NCBI GenBank assembly: GCA_029856155.1
Contig: JAHQWL010000023.1
Location: forward strand, 32,001-96,000
Direction: 5' to 3'
DNA from: Promethearchaeia archaeon
GTDB lineage: Archaea; Asgardarchaeota; Lokiarchaeia; Sigyniarchaeales; SOKP01
Length of the DNA stretch: 64,000 bases
Both the position numbers and the translations under genes were made by a program. Under the pieces are notes generated by a model. It was not told where the DNA came from. It worked only from the letters and a program-made list of their open reading frames with translations, and made no database searches. Shown here piece by piece: positions 30,184 to 41,600 of the stretch; position 1 is the first letter of the stretch; each line of letters opens with the position of its first letter.

Positions 30184-31212
30184 ATGGATGAAGACGAAGG
30201 TAGGACAATCAGTTTTTTCGAGAAATTTCTTCCACTTTGGGTTGCATTATGCATATTTATTGGAATTCTTTTCTCAATATATATTCCTGGAATAAGTGAG
30301 GCCATCAATTCTTTTAGTTTAGGTCAGATTTCTATACCAATTGGTATTTGTTTATTCTTAATGATGTATCCGGCAATGTTGAATTTGCAGGTTTCAGAAT
30401 TAAAAAAGCTAGGGAAAAACCCTAAACCTATAATTTTAACACTAATATCTAATTGGTTAGTTGCACCTTTTGTAGGGTTACTTATGGCTCGTATATTTTT
30501 ACAAGGTTATGAACAATTAATAGTTGCTATTATTTTATTAAGTTCAAGTCCATGCACAGCAATGGTTTTAGTGTGGGGATGGATGGCAAAAGGTAATCAA
30601 GAGCAGAATGTAATAAATACAAGCCTAAATACGATAACTATAATATTTGGTTATGCTCCTATGGTGGCACTTTTAACAGGAATTCAAAATATTCATGTTA
30701 ATTGGGTGCTTTTATTGATCTCAACAATTATTTTTATTGGACTCCCCTTACTAATAGGAATAATTAGTAAAAGATTATTAATCTCTACTAAAGGTGAAGA
30801 TTGGTTTAATAATACATATCGGCCAATAGTTGGAAATATATCAATTGCTGCCCTACTAACAACCTTAGTGTTACTTTTCTCTATGAACGGAAATGTCTTG
30901 ATTAACAATCCTGGTTATTTACTATTGATTTCAATTCCTTTATTAATTGGGTTTGTTATTGTAGTTGGATACAACATAATCATAACAAAACTCTTCAAAT
31001 TAAAATATCGAGAGGCTATTATTACAGTAATTATTGGTTCTTCAAGTCATTTTGAAATTGCTATTGCGACTGCTATTGCTATGCCTGGTTATGGAATCGG
31101 TTCATTAGCAGCCTTAGGAACCACGATGGGACTATTTTGGGAAGTGCCAGTCATGCTATCGATAGTATATTTAGGTCGATTTTTAAAAAAAAGGGGTTTT
31201 TGGAAATCCTAA
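30184..31212 (+). CDS. acr3: Acr3 arsenite efflux transporter
   Basis: FEKFLPLWV, MMYP, PCTAMVLVW, SSHFEIAIA, EVPVML. Confidence 0.93.
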   Translation: MDEDEGRTISFFEKFLPLWVALCIFIGILFSIYIPGISEAINSFSLGQISIPIGICLFLMMYPAMLNLQVSELKKLGKNPKPIILTLISNWLVAPFVGLLMARIFLQGYEQLIVAIILLSSSPCTAMVLVWGWMAKGNQEQNVINTSLNTITIIFGYAPMVALLTGIQNIHVNWVLLLISTIIFIGLPLLIGIISKRLLISTKGEDWFNNTYRPIVGNISIAALLTTLVLLFSMNGNVLINNPGYLLLISIPLLIGFVIVVGYNIIITKLFKLKYREAIITVIIGSSSHFEIAIATAIAMPGYGIGSLAALGTTMGLFWEVPVMLSIVYLGRFLKKRGFWKS

Positions 31213-31232
31213 TATTTCAAAACGATTAAAAT

Positions 31233-31529
31233 TTGGATGTGATAAAGATTAGTGATGAACCAGAGTCAGAAAATTTAAAAGTAGATATTTATGTCCCCTT
31301 AGACGCGTGTGCGTGTGAATGGGATAAATTTATGAATCGAGTTTTTGTTGAACTAACACCTTATATAAAATATATTGATTATGATACTAAGAATCTTAAT
31401 TCAGATGAAGCTAGGCAACTCAATCTACATAATAATTGTGTCGTAATCGATGGAGAGACAAAATTTTCTTCGTCATTCATACTAAAGAAAGAATTACCGA
31501 AACTTCTTAAAACAAAAGGATTTATTTAG
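31233..31529 (+). CDS. small thioredoxin-fold-like protein with CxC motif
   Basis: VDIYVPLDACACEW, VVIDGE; in the ars operon. Confidence 0.55.
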   Translation: MDVIKISDEPESENLKVDIYVPLDACACEWDKFMNRVFVELTPYIKYIDYDTKNLNSDEARQLNLHNNCVVIDGETKFSSSFILKKELPKLLKTKGFI

Positions 31530-31562
31530 TATTTAGAAATTTGATTTGAAATTTTAACAGAG

Positions 31563-31931
31563 GTGATTATTAAAATTAAAAAAATTACTTTTAAAATTAG
31601 TATACCTTCGCTGGGTTTACAAAAAGGAAAAACATTTATTGTACAAGTAAAAGATGATGCTACTTTTGTTGAAGCTTTAGCAAAGGTAGATAAATATATT
31701 TTTGAGAATCCACATGAATCGATATTTCCAATATTTGAAGGTTATATTCATAATTATTTACAGTTGTTTTGGGACCCAGAACATAACAAAATCTATGAAG
31801 ATGTTGGGATAATGCCTTATGCTCCTGATGAAGATGGTAATTTGAGAAGATTCATGCCAATCAGAGATACACTTGATTTTAATTTATTTCCTGACAGTAT
31901 AATAGATTTACAACCAGATTCTGGATGTTGA
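31563..31931 (+). CDS. ubiquitin-like (beta-grasp) protein ending in SGC
   Basis: MoaD-like pattern (V.DDATFVEAL...NLFPDSIIDL) without the GG terminus. Confidence 0.5.
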   Translation: MIIKIKKITFKISIPSLGLQKGKTFIVQVKDDATFVEALAKVDKYIFENPHESIFPIFEGYIHNYLQLFWDPEHNKIYEDVGIMPYAPDEDGNLRRFMPIRDTLDFNLFPDSIIDLQPDSGC

Positions 31932-32195
31932 TGAGAAAAAGTGAGAAATCGTTTAGATATAGGCAATTTTAAAGCTATTTTAAGAGAAAAGTATGGAAAA
32001 TATAATAAAATTTTTGCTCATTATTTTAAATCCAAATAATATAGAATTGAATGAGATCTTTTAGAAAATAATAGTAAAAGATTGACAAAAGGAGTGCCTC
32101 CTAAATATTCTATAAAAAAAGTAATAGAAAATACAATAATTTTTTACCCTTTCATTCTAATTTTCTTCTATCATAATTTCTTTTAAAGCTTAAAG

Positions 32196-33605
32196 ATGGA
32201 AGATGTAAAATTTAAAGAAATAAGAAAATCACATAAAGGTATCACTAAGCTTTCTTATGAAGTTACTCAGATTTTAGGAAATGATCCGAATAGATCTCCT
32301 TTATACGCTTTATTATATGCGATAAAAAAGGAAGAAAATACTAAAGAAAAAATTTATGGCTATTTTAAATATTTCTATGTTAATGAATTTGCTAATATTA
32401 GATTAAAACAACCTGAATTAGATAATTTATTGTTAGAAGGAATCAATAAAACTTTAATTCAAAAAAAAAACAATACTTATTCTTTAACCGAAGAAGGAAA
32501 TGATGTTTTAACTAAATGTAAAAAAGTTAATTTAATCACAAATAAAGCGTTAAGCTTCTTTTTTAGTGAAAAAATTGTTTTAATTTTCTCTTTAGTTTGC
32601 TTAATTTTTATGAGTTCGTTTAAAATAATTGTTGGATTGAACGCAGGCAGTGATGCGTTATTTAACGAGGGTATTGAGAATTTTACAGATATAATAAAGA
32701 TATTTATAATTACTTTAAGTATTAAATTGGGGAAAGATAGGCTAGGGGCAATCGCAATCATTATTTTAATGTTGATAACAGGGATAAATTTGATAATATC
32801 TTCTGTTTTTTCATTTTTTCAAACTCATACTATAACACCATCCTATTTCTCGTTTATATTAATGTTTATCTCGATTTTACTAAACTTAATGCTGTTAGTT
32901 CTAAAAAATTTCGTTGGAAAATTACAGGCCAATTTTGCATTACTCTCTGATGCTAAGGATAATGTAAACAATATTAGATTATCATTAGGAGTCATAGTTG
33001 GATTAATTTTTGCATTATTTGGGATTTATTGGATAGATTCTATTTTCGGTATAGTAATTGCTAGTTTAATTATACTTGATGGCGTAGAGACTCTCTTGGC
33101 ATTAATCAGATCTGGTGATGATATTGATATTGACAGCTTTAAATTAAGTTTAGATAAAGCTTTTGAATTTAAAATAGCCCATTGGATATTAGTTGTTATT
33201 CAAGAAGAAAATCTGTCCGAACAACAACTAAATGAAAATTTTATGGAAGCTATCGAAAAAGGTTATGAAATTTTTGGCGTTTGGGCGATATTTGGACTTT
33301 CAAATATTGAAAAGTTTAATATTCATAAGATTTTAAGCCTCATGAAAAACAAAGGTTTGATAATTATACAAGATGATATTTGTTATCTCACAGATAAGGG
33401 TAAAAAACAATATTATAATGCTCTTTCCCAGGAAATAGATAGAGTCTCAAGAAATAAGAAAAAATTTAAGAATTGGAGACCTCCGAGTAGATTTTCCAAA
33501 GTAGTCTGGCTTTTATTTGGAATTTTTGTTCCTATTTTATTAACATTACTGATAATATATGTTGGACCAAATATTTACAATTTTATTATCAATTTAATAG
33601 AATAA
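32196..33605 (+). CDS. cation diffusion facilitator-like transporter flanked by winged-helix-like domains
   Basis: KIIVGLNAGSDAL, ALLSDA, WID; YSLTEEG and YLTDKG winged-helix wings. Confidence 0.7.
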   Translation: MEDVKFKEIRKSHKGITKLSYEVTQILGNDPNRSPLYALLYAIKKEENTKEKIYGYFKYFYVNEFANIRLKQPELDNLLLEGINKTLIQKKNNTYSLTEEGNDVLTKCKKVNLITNKALSFFFSEKIVLIFSLVCLIFMSSFKIIVGLNAGSDALFNEGIENFTDIIKIFIITLSIKLGKDRLGAIAIIILMLITGINLIISSVFSFFQTHTITPSYFSFILMFISILLNLMLLVLKNFVGKLQANFALLSDAKDNVNNIRLSLGVIVGLIFALFGIYWIDSIFGIVIASLIILDGVETLLALIRSGDDIDIDSFKLSLDKAFEFKIAHWILVVIQEENLSEQQLNENFMEAIEKGYEIFGVWAIFGLSNIEKFNIHKILSLMKNKGLIIIQDDICYLTDKGKKQYYNALSQEIDRVSRNKKKFKNWRPPSRFSKVVWLLFGIFVPILLTLLIIYVGPNIYNFIINLIE

Positions 33606-33621
33606 AAAAGAGTATCTTTTC

Positions 33622-34212
33622 ATGCTAAAAAATAAAGATGTTTCAAAAGTAAGGGAATTCGCTATTGATCATTCTGAAAAAGATGATATTCATGGTTTTT
33701 TACATGTTGGGCGCGTCCTAAATTTATGTCTGCAATTAGGTAAACAATTAAATGCTAATTTAATGATACTTGAAATTGCAGCATTACTGCATGATATTGG
33801 TAGAAAAATTAAACATAAAAAGACGTATAGTAAGAATCATGCTGAAGTATCAGCCGACATGGCTTTTGAATTCTTAGACTCTTGTGATTTTAAACTCTCT
33901 CAAGAAGACTTTGATAATATAATTCACTGTATTAGATCCCATTCATTCTCAAATAATACAAATCCTCAGACCATTGAAGCCAAAATATTATCTGACGCTG
34001 ATAAATTAGATGCTCTTGGTGCGATAGGATTATACAGGACTATAGGATTTACAGTCAAAAATAAGGGTAATATCGATGATATTATAAAACATTTGGAAGA
34101 AAAGATTATCAAATTAAAAGATAAGCTATTTCTCGATATTTCAAAAGAGATTGCTGAGAAACGGCAGAAAATAATATTAGATTTCTATAAAGAAATTAAA
34201 TTTGAAATATAA
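33622..34212 (+). CDS. HD-domain phosphohydrolase
   Basis: HGFLHVGRV, AALLHDIGR, SDADKLDALGAIG. Confidence 0.9.
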   Translation: MLKNKDVSKVREFAIDHSEKDDIHGFLHVGRVLNLCLQLGKQLNANLMILEIAALLHDIGRKIKHKKTYSKNHAEVSADMAFEFLDSCDFKLSQEDFDNIIHCIRSHSFSNNTNPQTIEAKILSDADKLDALGAIGLYRTIGFTVKNKGNIDDIIKHLEEKIIKLKDKLFLDISKEIAEKRQKIILDFYKEIKFEI

Positions 34213-34306
34213 GTTTTTAATCACAATTAATGATGGATTCTTTCAGCATTTAGAATATTATTGATAATTATGGAAATTCTCATACATTTCGAAAATCAAA
34301 TGGATT

Positions 34307-34933
34307 TTATTTCTTGTCAGAATCAGAAATTACCATATATTCAACGATAATATTTATTAGATTTTCAATGATCTCAGGAAATTTATCTCTACCAATATAT
34401 TCTATCGTCTCATCATCTAAACCAATTGTAAATATAGATTTCAATATACCTGCTAAAATTTCGGGATCTTTATTTATAATCAATCCTTCTTTTTGCCACA
34501 TTTTTATAAATTTCGGAATATATTCATAAGTTTGGAGCTTTTGTTCTAATTTAGGATTATTATGGAGTTTCCTAATAAGATATTCTCTTGTATTTTTATC
34601 GGCGATTTGTTGTATAATTGGATTTTCGTTGGGGGCTTGAATATGAAAGTATAAAAAATCTTTAAAGGTTCCCCTAGGATCTTTCTTCATTTTTTTTAAT
34701 AACTGACTTACCTTTTTTATCATCTTTTGTTCTGCTTGAGTGAGAACATCCAGAAATAATTCTTCTTTTGAATTATAGAAGGAATAAAAAGAACCTTTTG
34801 CAATACCTACAGCATTAGTTATGTCTTCAACATTTGTTTTCTTTAACCCATAAATTCCAAAAAAATCAGCACCCTTTTCAATTAGGTTATTTTTAATAAT
34901 CTTTTTTTCCTCAGTGGTAAAACCTTTAGGCAT
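34307..34933 (-). CDS. TetR/AcrR family regulator
   Basis: TNVEDITNAVGIAKGSFYSFYNSKEEL. Confidence 0.92.
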   Translation of the reverse strand: MPKGFTTEEKKIIKNNLIEKGADFFGIYGLKKTNVEDITNAVGIAKGSFYSFYNSKEELFLDVLTQAEQKMIKKVSQLLKKMKKDPRGTFKDFLYFHIQAPNENPIIQQIADKNTREYLIRKLHNNPKLEQKLQTYEYIPKFIKMWQKEGLIINKDPEILAGILKSIFTIGLDDETIEYIGRDKFPEIIENLINIIVEYMVISDSDKK

Positions 34934-34968
34934 TATAATAATAATAAGGACTTTTTAATTTAAAGATT

Positions 34969-35019
34969 TATGACTAAATGACCAAGTGACTTACTGACCC
35001 AAACGTTTATATAGTCATA
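34969..35019. promoter_or_regulatory. candidate TetR operator array / divergent promoter
   Basis: TGAC at 34971, 34979, 34987 and 34995 (8-bp period), TTTATATA at 35006-35013, then inverted GTCA. Confidence 0.5.
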
Positions 35020-35061
35020 TTAATTATAAAATCATAAACATAAAAAATTGGTGTTTATCAA

Positions 35062-36348
35062 ATGTTTATTGAAAAATTAGGTTTATCCAAAAATATACTT
35101 ATAAATAAAGTTGCGATCATTACTGGTGCAGGGAGAGGTATTGGTAAAGAACTCGCAAGAGCTCTAGCTTGGTTAGGAGCAAACGTTATCATTGCCGAAA
35201 TAAATGAATATGGAAAAGACGTAGAAAATTTAATTTGTTCTGAAGGAGGAACTGCTCTTTTCGTGAAAACAGATGTTTCTAAAGAAGAAGATATTAAAAA
35301 ATTAGAGAAAGCAGTTATTGGGAGATTTGGGAAAGTAGATATCTTAATTAATAATGCCTATAGAACATCAACAGGTACTATAGATGAAATATCGATAGAA
35401 GACTGGGATAAGATATATAATGTTAATATCCGTGGGGCTATTTGTGCCATTAAAACATTTTTACCTTATATGATTAAACAAAATGATGGTGTTATAAATA
35501 CTGTAACCTCTGCAGAAGGATGGCCATATATGGCACCCTATTTTGCAACTAAAACAGCATTGGCATCAATAGGAAAATCACTTGCAGCAGAATTAGATGA
35601 TACCAATATTTCAGTCTTCGTGTTTGGTCCTGGAATGATTGATACACCAGGATTACAAGAATATAGCCGTATTTTAGCACCAAAATATGGTATGACTGAG
35701 GAAGAATTCAAAAGTCAAGGAGTTAACCCTGGATATGATGGATTAATGCCAGCAGATCATTGTGCCGCAGGATGGGCATACAATATTGTCTATGCAAAGG
35801 AATATCACGGGCAAATAACTGAGCCATTTTCCCCTCTATTAAAACTAGGATTTATTTGCGCAAAAAAGACACAAAGCTTAGTTAAAGAGAAAAAAATACA
35901 AAGTGAAACTGAATTGAAAATCTTTATTTCAGAGATTAATGAAAATTCCCAAAATGTGCGTGCACTTATAGAAAAACTTTATCAAGAGACAAATGACTTG
36001 GGTTTATTAGCGAAAATGTGGATGAATCACACTTTTGCGAAAAGATGCGGAATGAAAATAGAAAAATGTGTTGAAACTATGACCGAACTTGATAATGAGA
36101 TTCAAAAAATACCTAATGATATATACATTCAAAAAGAACATAATTCCATTTCTATCATAAAGAAATTACCTTGGTTTATTCAAGTTTTGGAGAAGCTTGC
36201 GGATCACTTTCATAAATGTATAGATGATGCAAAAGGGTGGATTAAAGATCCTGATGAATTAGAAATTGCGCTTAAAACTTTAAATAATAGAGAAAAAAGT
36301 GTACTTAATTTAATTTCTAACCTTAATCAAGTAGAAACTTTAATATAA
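35062..36348 (+). CDS. SDR oxidoreductase with C-terminal helical extension
   Basis: TGAGRGIG, DILINNA, YFATK. Confidence 0.85.
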   Translation: MFIEKLGLSKNILINKVAIITGAGRGIGKELARALAWLGANVIIAEINEYGKDVENLICSEGGTALFVKTDVSKEEDIKKLEKAVIGRFGKVDILINNAYRTSTGTIDEISIEDWDKIYNVNIRGAICAIKTFLPYMIKQNDGVINTVTSAEGWPYMAPYFATKTALASIGKSLAAELDDTNISVFVFGPGMIDTPGLQEYSRILAPKYGMTEEEFKSQGVNPGYDGLMPADHCAAGWAYNIVYAKEYHGQITEPFSPLLKLGFICAKKTQSLVKEKKIQSETELKIFISEINENSQNVRALIEKLYQETNDLGLLAKMWMNHTFAKRCGMKIEKCVETMTELDNEIQKIPNDIYIQKEHNSISIIKKLPWFIQVLEKLADHFHKCIDDAKGWIKDPDELEIALKTLNNREKSVLNLISNLNQVETLI

Positions 36349-36387
36349 AAGACATTAATTTTTTTATTTTTTATTTAAATCTCAATT

Positions 36388-36569
36388 CTATAGGATTCAT
36401 AATAAAAAATAAAGGAAATCTTAATGATGTTGTCAAACGTTTAAGAGAAAAATTAATTAAATTGAAAGATATGTTATTGTTTGATATTTCAAGAAAGAAA
36501 GCTAGAAAGAGGCACAAAATTATACTATACTTTTATAAACAAATAAAACTTGAAGCAGATTTAGATTAA
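36388..36569 (+). pseudogene. 3' fragment of an HD-domain gene (direct homolog of 34040-34212)
   Basis: IGFIIKNKGNLNDVVKRL...KIILYFYKQIKLEADLD* matches the HD protein C-terminus (35/56 aa by hand count). Confidence 0.82.
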
Positions 36570-36701
36570 AAAAGGAATTAAAAATTAATCTTATTTTTTA
36601 AAAAAAATAATTTTTTTAATTATTAATTGCTATTTTTATCAAAGTATGAAAAAATTATAAAATAATATTAACATCGAATTGAAAGTTCAGTAAAAATAGA
36701 A

Positions 36702-38675
36702 ATGACTCATTTTAAAACTTATCCTTTTACTGCTATTGTAGGACAAGATCTTATGAAGCTTGCACTTATTCTAAACGCAATAAATCCAAAAATTGGTGGG
36801 CTCTTAATAAAAGGGACAAAAGGAACTGCAAAATCGACCACTGTAAGAGCTTTGGCAGATCTACTTCCTGAAATAAATATTATTAAAGATTGTCCATTTA
36901 ATTGTAACCCACACGATCTAAAAGAATCATGTCATGAATGTCAACATAAAATAATCGACAGAAAGTTGAAGAATAATGATATAGAATTTCGCAAAATGCG
37001 TGTTATTAATTTGCCTATAAATGCTACTGAGGATAGAGTAGTAGGGACGATTAACATTAAAAAGGCATTAGAACAGGGATTGAAAGCTTTAGAACCAGGG
37101 ATATTGGCAGAAGCAAATAGAAATATACTCTATATAGATGAAGTGAACCTACTTGCTGATAATGTAGCAGATGTATTATTGGATAGTGCAGCAATGGGAA
37201 TTAATATTATTGAACGAGAAGGTATTAGTATTCATCACCCTTCTAATTTTATCTTGGTGGGAACGATGAATCCTGAGGAAGGAAATTTGAGACCTCAGCT
37301 TTTGGATCGATTTGGATTAAGTGTAGAGGCAAAACCTATTTTAGATATCAATGAACGAGTTAAAATTATAAAATACGTTGAAGATTATCATATTGATCCT
37401 CATAAATTTCACGATAAGTTTGAAACTGAACAAAAATTATTAAGAGAGAAGATTGTTAAGGCTCGTGAAATTCTTAATAAAGTTAAAATTTCAGATGAAC
37501 AACTAGAAAACATTGCAAAATTATCTATTAAACTGGAAATTGATAGTCACCGCGCAGATATTGCTATAAATATAACAGCAAAAACTATTGCTGCTTTTCA
37601 TGGAAGAACAAACGTTTTAGATGAAGATATAAAAATAGCAGCAAGATTGGCATTAGCACATCGTTTAAGAAAACTTCCATTTGAAGAACAAAAAATAGAT
37701 GAAGATGATATCGAAAAGATGTTTGAAGAACAAGATAAGGAAGAAGCACAGAAACTGAATATAAATAATTCAGAACATCGAAATAATAAAGAAATTATAA
37801 ATCTAAAAGAGGAAATTTTCGGCATAGATACTAAGATATCTACAGATGGAATATTAGAAAAAAAAAGAATTGTAAAAGATATGAACACTTCTGGTCAAAG
37901 AATACTACACCCTACTCGTGATAAGAAGGGGAAATATATTGGTGGTCAAAAACCCAAAGATTTTAATTTTAGATCATCTTCGGATATTGCTGTTCTTGAA
38001 ACTATTAACAACGCCGCTTTAGAACCTGAAAATAGAAATGCTTTTAAAAATGGAGCAAAATTAGAGATTAAAAATGAACATATTCATATTAAGAAAAGAA
38101 TTGGAAAATCAAGCCATCTATTTGTTTTCTGTGTTGACACTTCGGGATCGATGGGAGCAAATGACAGAATGATAGCCGTTAAAGGAGTAATATTTTCTAT
38201 CCTTCAATCTAATTATGTATATCGCGATAAAGTCTCATTAGTTGTTTTTCGTGGAGAAGATGCAGAAGTTATTTTACCTCCCACTCGAAGTATTGATTTA
38301 GCATATAAATTGTTAAAGGAAATACCTACAGGAGGTACAACACCACTAATTAAAGGTTTAGTAAAAGCATTAGATATTGCTCTTGAAGAGAAAAGAAAGA
38401 AAACAGGATATATACCCTTGATCATTCTCATTTCTGATGCTAGAGGAAATGTATTTTATAAGGATGCTATAGACGATTTATTAAAAACTGGTAAAGAAAT
38501 TTCTAAAAATCTGATTGATATGATTATTATTGATACAGAAGGCTCGGATGTCAAATTAGAAATCAATAAAAAATTATCTGAATCAACAAATGCGAAATAT
38601 TATCATATTGATACCATGAATAAAGAAAAGGTGAATAAAATTCTGGGAATGGAAGGATTATTTGAAAATATCTAA
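36702..38675 (+). CDS. chelatase AAA+ subunit with vWA domain (ChlI/ChlD-type)
   Basis: [49 protein letters not shown]. Confidence 0.92.
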   Translation: MTHFKTYPFTAIVGQDLMKLALILNAINPKIGGLLIKGTKGTAKSTTVRALADLLPEINIIKDCPFNCNPHDLKESCHECQHKIIDRKLKNNDIEFRKMRVINLPINATEDRVVGTINIKKALEQGLKALEPGILAEANRNILYIDEVNLLADNVADVLLDSAAMGINIIEREGISIHHPSNFILVGTMNPEEGNLRPQLLDRFGLSVEAKPILDINERVKIIKYVEDYHIDPHKFHDKFETEQKLLREKIVKAREILNKVKISDEQLENIAKLSIKLEIDSHRADIAINITAKTIAAFHGRTNVLDEDIKIAARLALAHRLRKLPFEEQKIDEDDIEKMFEEQDKEEAQKLNINNSEHRNNKEIINLKEEIFGIDTKISTDGILEKKRIVKDMNTSGQRILHPTRDKKGKYIGGQKPKDFNFRSSSDIAVLETINNAALEPENRNAFKNGAKLEIKNEHIHIKKRIGKSSHLFVFCVDTSGSMGANDRMIAVKGVIFSILQSNYVYRDKVSLVVFRGEDAEVILPPTRSIDLAYKLLKEIPTGGTTPLIKGLVKALDIALEEKRKKTGYIPLIILISDARGNVFYKDAIDDLLKTGKEISKNLIDMIIIDTEGSDVKLEINKKLSESTNAKYYHIDTMNKEKVNKILGMEGLFENI

Positions 38676-38684
38676 TAGTGAATA

Positions 38685-41600
38685 TTGACTATGAATCAAA
38701 ATATAGATTACACGAGAGATACACCTAAAATAACATTAATTACAGCTTCTGTTTTTTTGAAATGGTTAACTGAAGGGATTCAAGAGATCTATAATCAATT
38801 TGGAAAGGTATTCGATTTTAAAATCTATTTTCTTAATGATTTGGACTCAGGAAAAATATCAAAAGAGGAAGTTAAAGAAGCTATTTATCAATCTAAAGTT
38901 ATGCTAATTGATATCCGAGGAAATTCTCCAACAGTTGAACTTTTGGTAAAATCTTATGAAGAAATGGAAAAAAATCAACCAGAATTATTTGATACCAAAG
39001 AAATAATCGCATTAGTAGGAGGAAATAGCGAAATAAGAGGTTTAACAAAAATGGGGGCCTTTCAAGCCCGAAAGATACCTTCTCCTCAAAATAGAGAGTA
39101 TAGTATCGATGAAATACCAGATTTAACGAAAGCAGTAAGATTTGGACAAAGAATGACTGAGTTTTTGAAATTTTTAGGAAAAGTGTTCCCTTTTAAATTA
39201 CTCAGACATGCGCGCTATTGGGTCATAATGATGGATTACTGGGTACATGGATTAGGAGGAATCGCTGAGAATCATAAAAACATGCTCCTGTTTCTTTTAA
39301 AGCACTATTTAGGATATAAGAATTTTAAGGTTCCCAAACCAAAAAAGATTCCCTCTTTTGGTATTTATGATCCTCAATTGAATGAATATTTTAATAATAC
39401 TGAAGATTATTTTAGAAAAAAGCCAATAGACCATAATAAACAAACTATAGGAATATTTTTTTATGGAGGATTATACTTTGAACAATCTTTACCTATAGTA
39501 AAATAATTTATGAAAAATTTCTCAGAATTTAATATTCTTCCTGTTTTTTCTGATGTTTTAACAAATGTAGAAGCTTATCAAAAATTATTTTTTAAAGGTG
39601 GAGTAAAATTAATAAGCGCTGTTATTAATCTTCAATATTTTCAGTTAAATGGGGGTCCTTTTGGTGGAGATACCTATATAACAAGGGATTTATTTAAAAA
39701 ATTAGATATCCCACAATTTAATCCAATTATACAATATGATATGCCTTTTGAGGAATATACTAAATCAAATGAAGGAATTAACCCCATTAACCAAGTGATT
39801 GCAATTGTAATGCCCGAATTAGATGGAAGAATAGAAATGATTACTGTTGGCAGTCTTAAAAATTTAGGATATTCTGATGATTTAAAATCCAATATTTTAG
39901 AAGTACAACCAATAATTGAAAATGTTAAATTCTATGCTCAAAGGGTTAAAAAATGGTTATATTTGAGAATAAAAGAAAATTCCGAGAAAAAACTAGCAAT
40001 TATTATTTACAACTATCCTCCTGGAGAAGATAAAATAGGTAATGCTGCATATTTAGATGTGTCTGAGTCAATCAAGAATTTAATAGAAAAATTGATTAAA
40101 GAAGGATACAATACAGAAAAAATTCCTGAAAACAAGAATTTAATGGATTTGTTTATTGATTTTGGTGCTGTAAATACACCAAAATATATGAATATCCAAA
40201 AATATAAAGGACATAAAGTCTCTGTACAAACCTATATTAAATTTTTTAAAAATCTTCCTTCACATCTCCAAGATGAAATTATTGAATATTGGGGACCTCC
40301 ACCAGGTAAGATTATGGTAGACAATTCACATCTCAAATTACCCATTATTCAATTTGGTAATATATATATTTGTCTACAACCCTCCAGAAGTAAAGTATCT
40401 GGAGATCCTAATGAATATCATAATAAGAATTTACCCCCTCATCATCAATATTTCGCTTTTTATCGTTATTTAGAAAATATTTTAAATATAGATGCCATAA
40501 TTCATTTTGGAACTCATGGGACTGCAGAATTTCTTCCAGGCAAGGAATGTGCTGGTTGGATTTATGATTTTAATTTAAACTTAATTAGTAGTATACCAAA
40601 TATTTACTATTATCATATTACAAATACTAGTGAATCAGCTATCGCTAAAAGAAGAAGTAATGCGATTATTATTAATCATGCTGGACCTTCATTCAAAAAC
40701 GCGGGATTGTATCAAGAATTTGCTCAGTTAGAGTTATTAATATCTGAATATCAAAATACAAACCTTTCTTTTAGCCTTAAAAACCAAAAGAACAATAGAA
40801 TCGATGATCTCGAAAAAGAAATTAAATATTTAGCAAAAAATATGAATATTGATTACGAACATATAGCAGAATTGGAAGATAAATTATATAGATATAAAGC
40901 TTCTGTAATTCCCATGGGGCTTCATACATTAGGAAAATCTTATTCTTCTCAACAAAAATTTGATCTAATTCGAATGATTTTATTACACTCAACTGAAAAA
41001 CCGGATTATGTCGAAGAATTTCTTTCTTATTTTAAGAACAAAGAAAAAATTGATGTAAAAAAGGTTAAAAAATACTTAAACACTTTTTTTGAGAGTAATG
41101 CAAATCAATTGTCTTTTGAAGATATAAATCAAAGGTTAGTATCTGAATATAGTATAAGTGAAGAAATAAATCAATTAACAATAAAATGGATATTGTCTTT
41201 AAAAAACAGAATTGAAAATTCTCTTGAATTAGACAATATCATCCATGCTCTGGAAGGAGGATATATTGAGCCAGGATTAGGAGGGGATCCAATCCGTTCT
41301 CCTCATATTTATCCAACTGGAAAAAATTCATATGGTTTTGATCCACGACTAATACCTAATTCTACTGCAATAAAACGAGGAAATGAAATAGCAGAAAAAT
41401 TAATTCAAAATTACAAAACTAATAATAATGAGTGGCCCGAAACTGTTAGTGTAGTACTTTGGGCTTTTGAAACTATGAAAACTGGGGGAGAAACTATTGG
41501 GCAAATTTTTAACTATTTAGGAGTTAAATCCATTAAAAATAAATCCATTTGGACCACTGAATTAGAAATCATACCTTTAGAAGAAATGAATCATCCGAGA

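Noticed and set aside
31920-32040. GGA TGT TGA TGA at the end of the ubiquitin-like gene as a possible Cys-Sec motif
   Set aside because: Tandem stops are common, and I could not identify a convincing SECIS-like hairpin downstream
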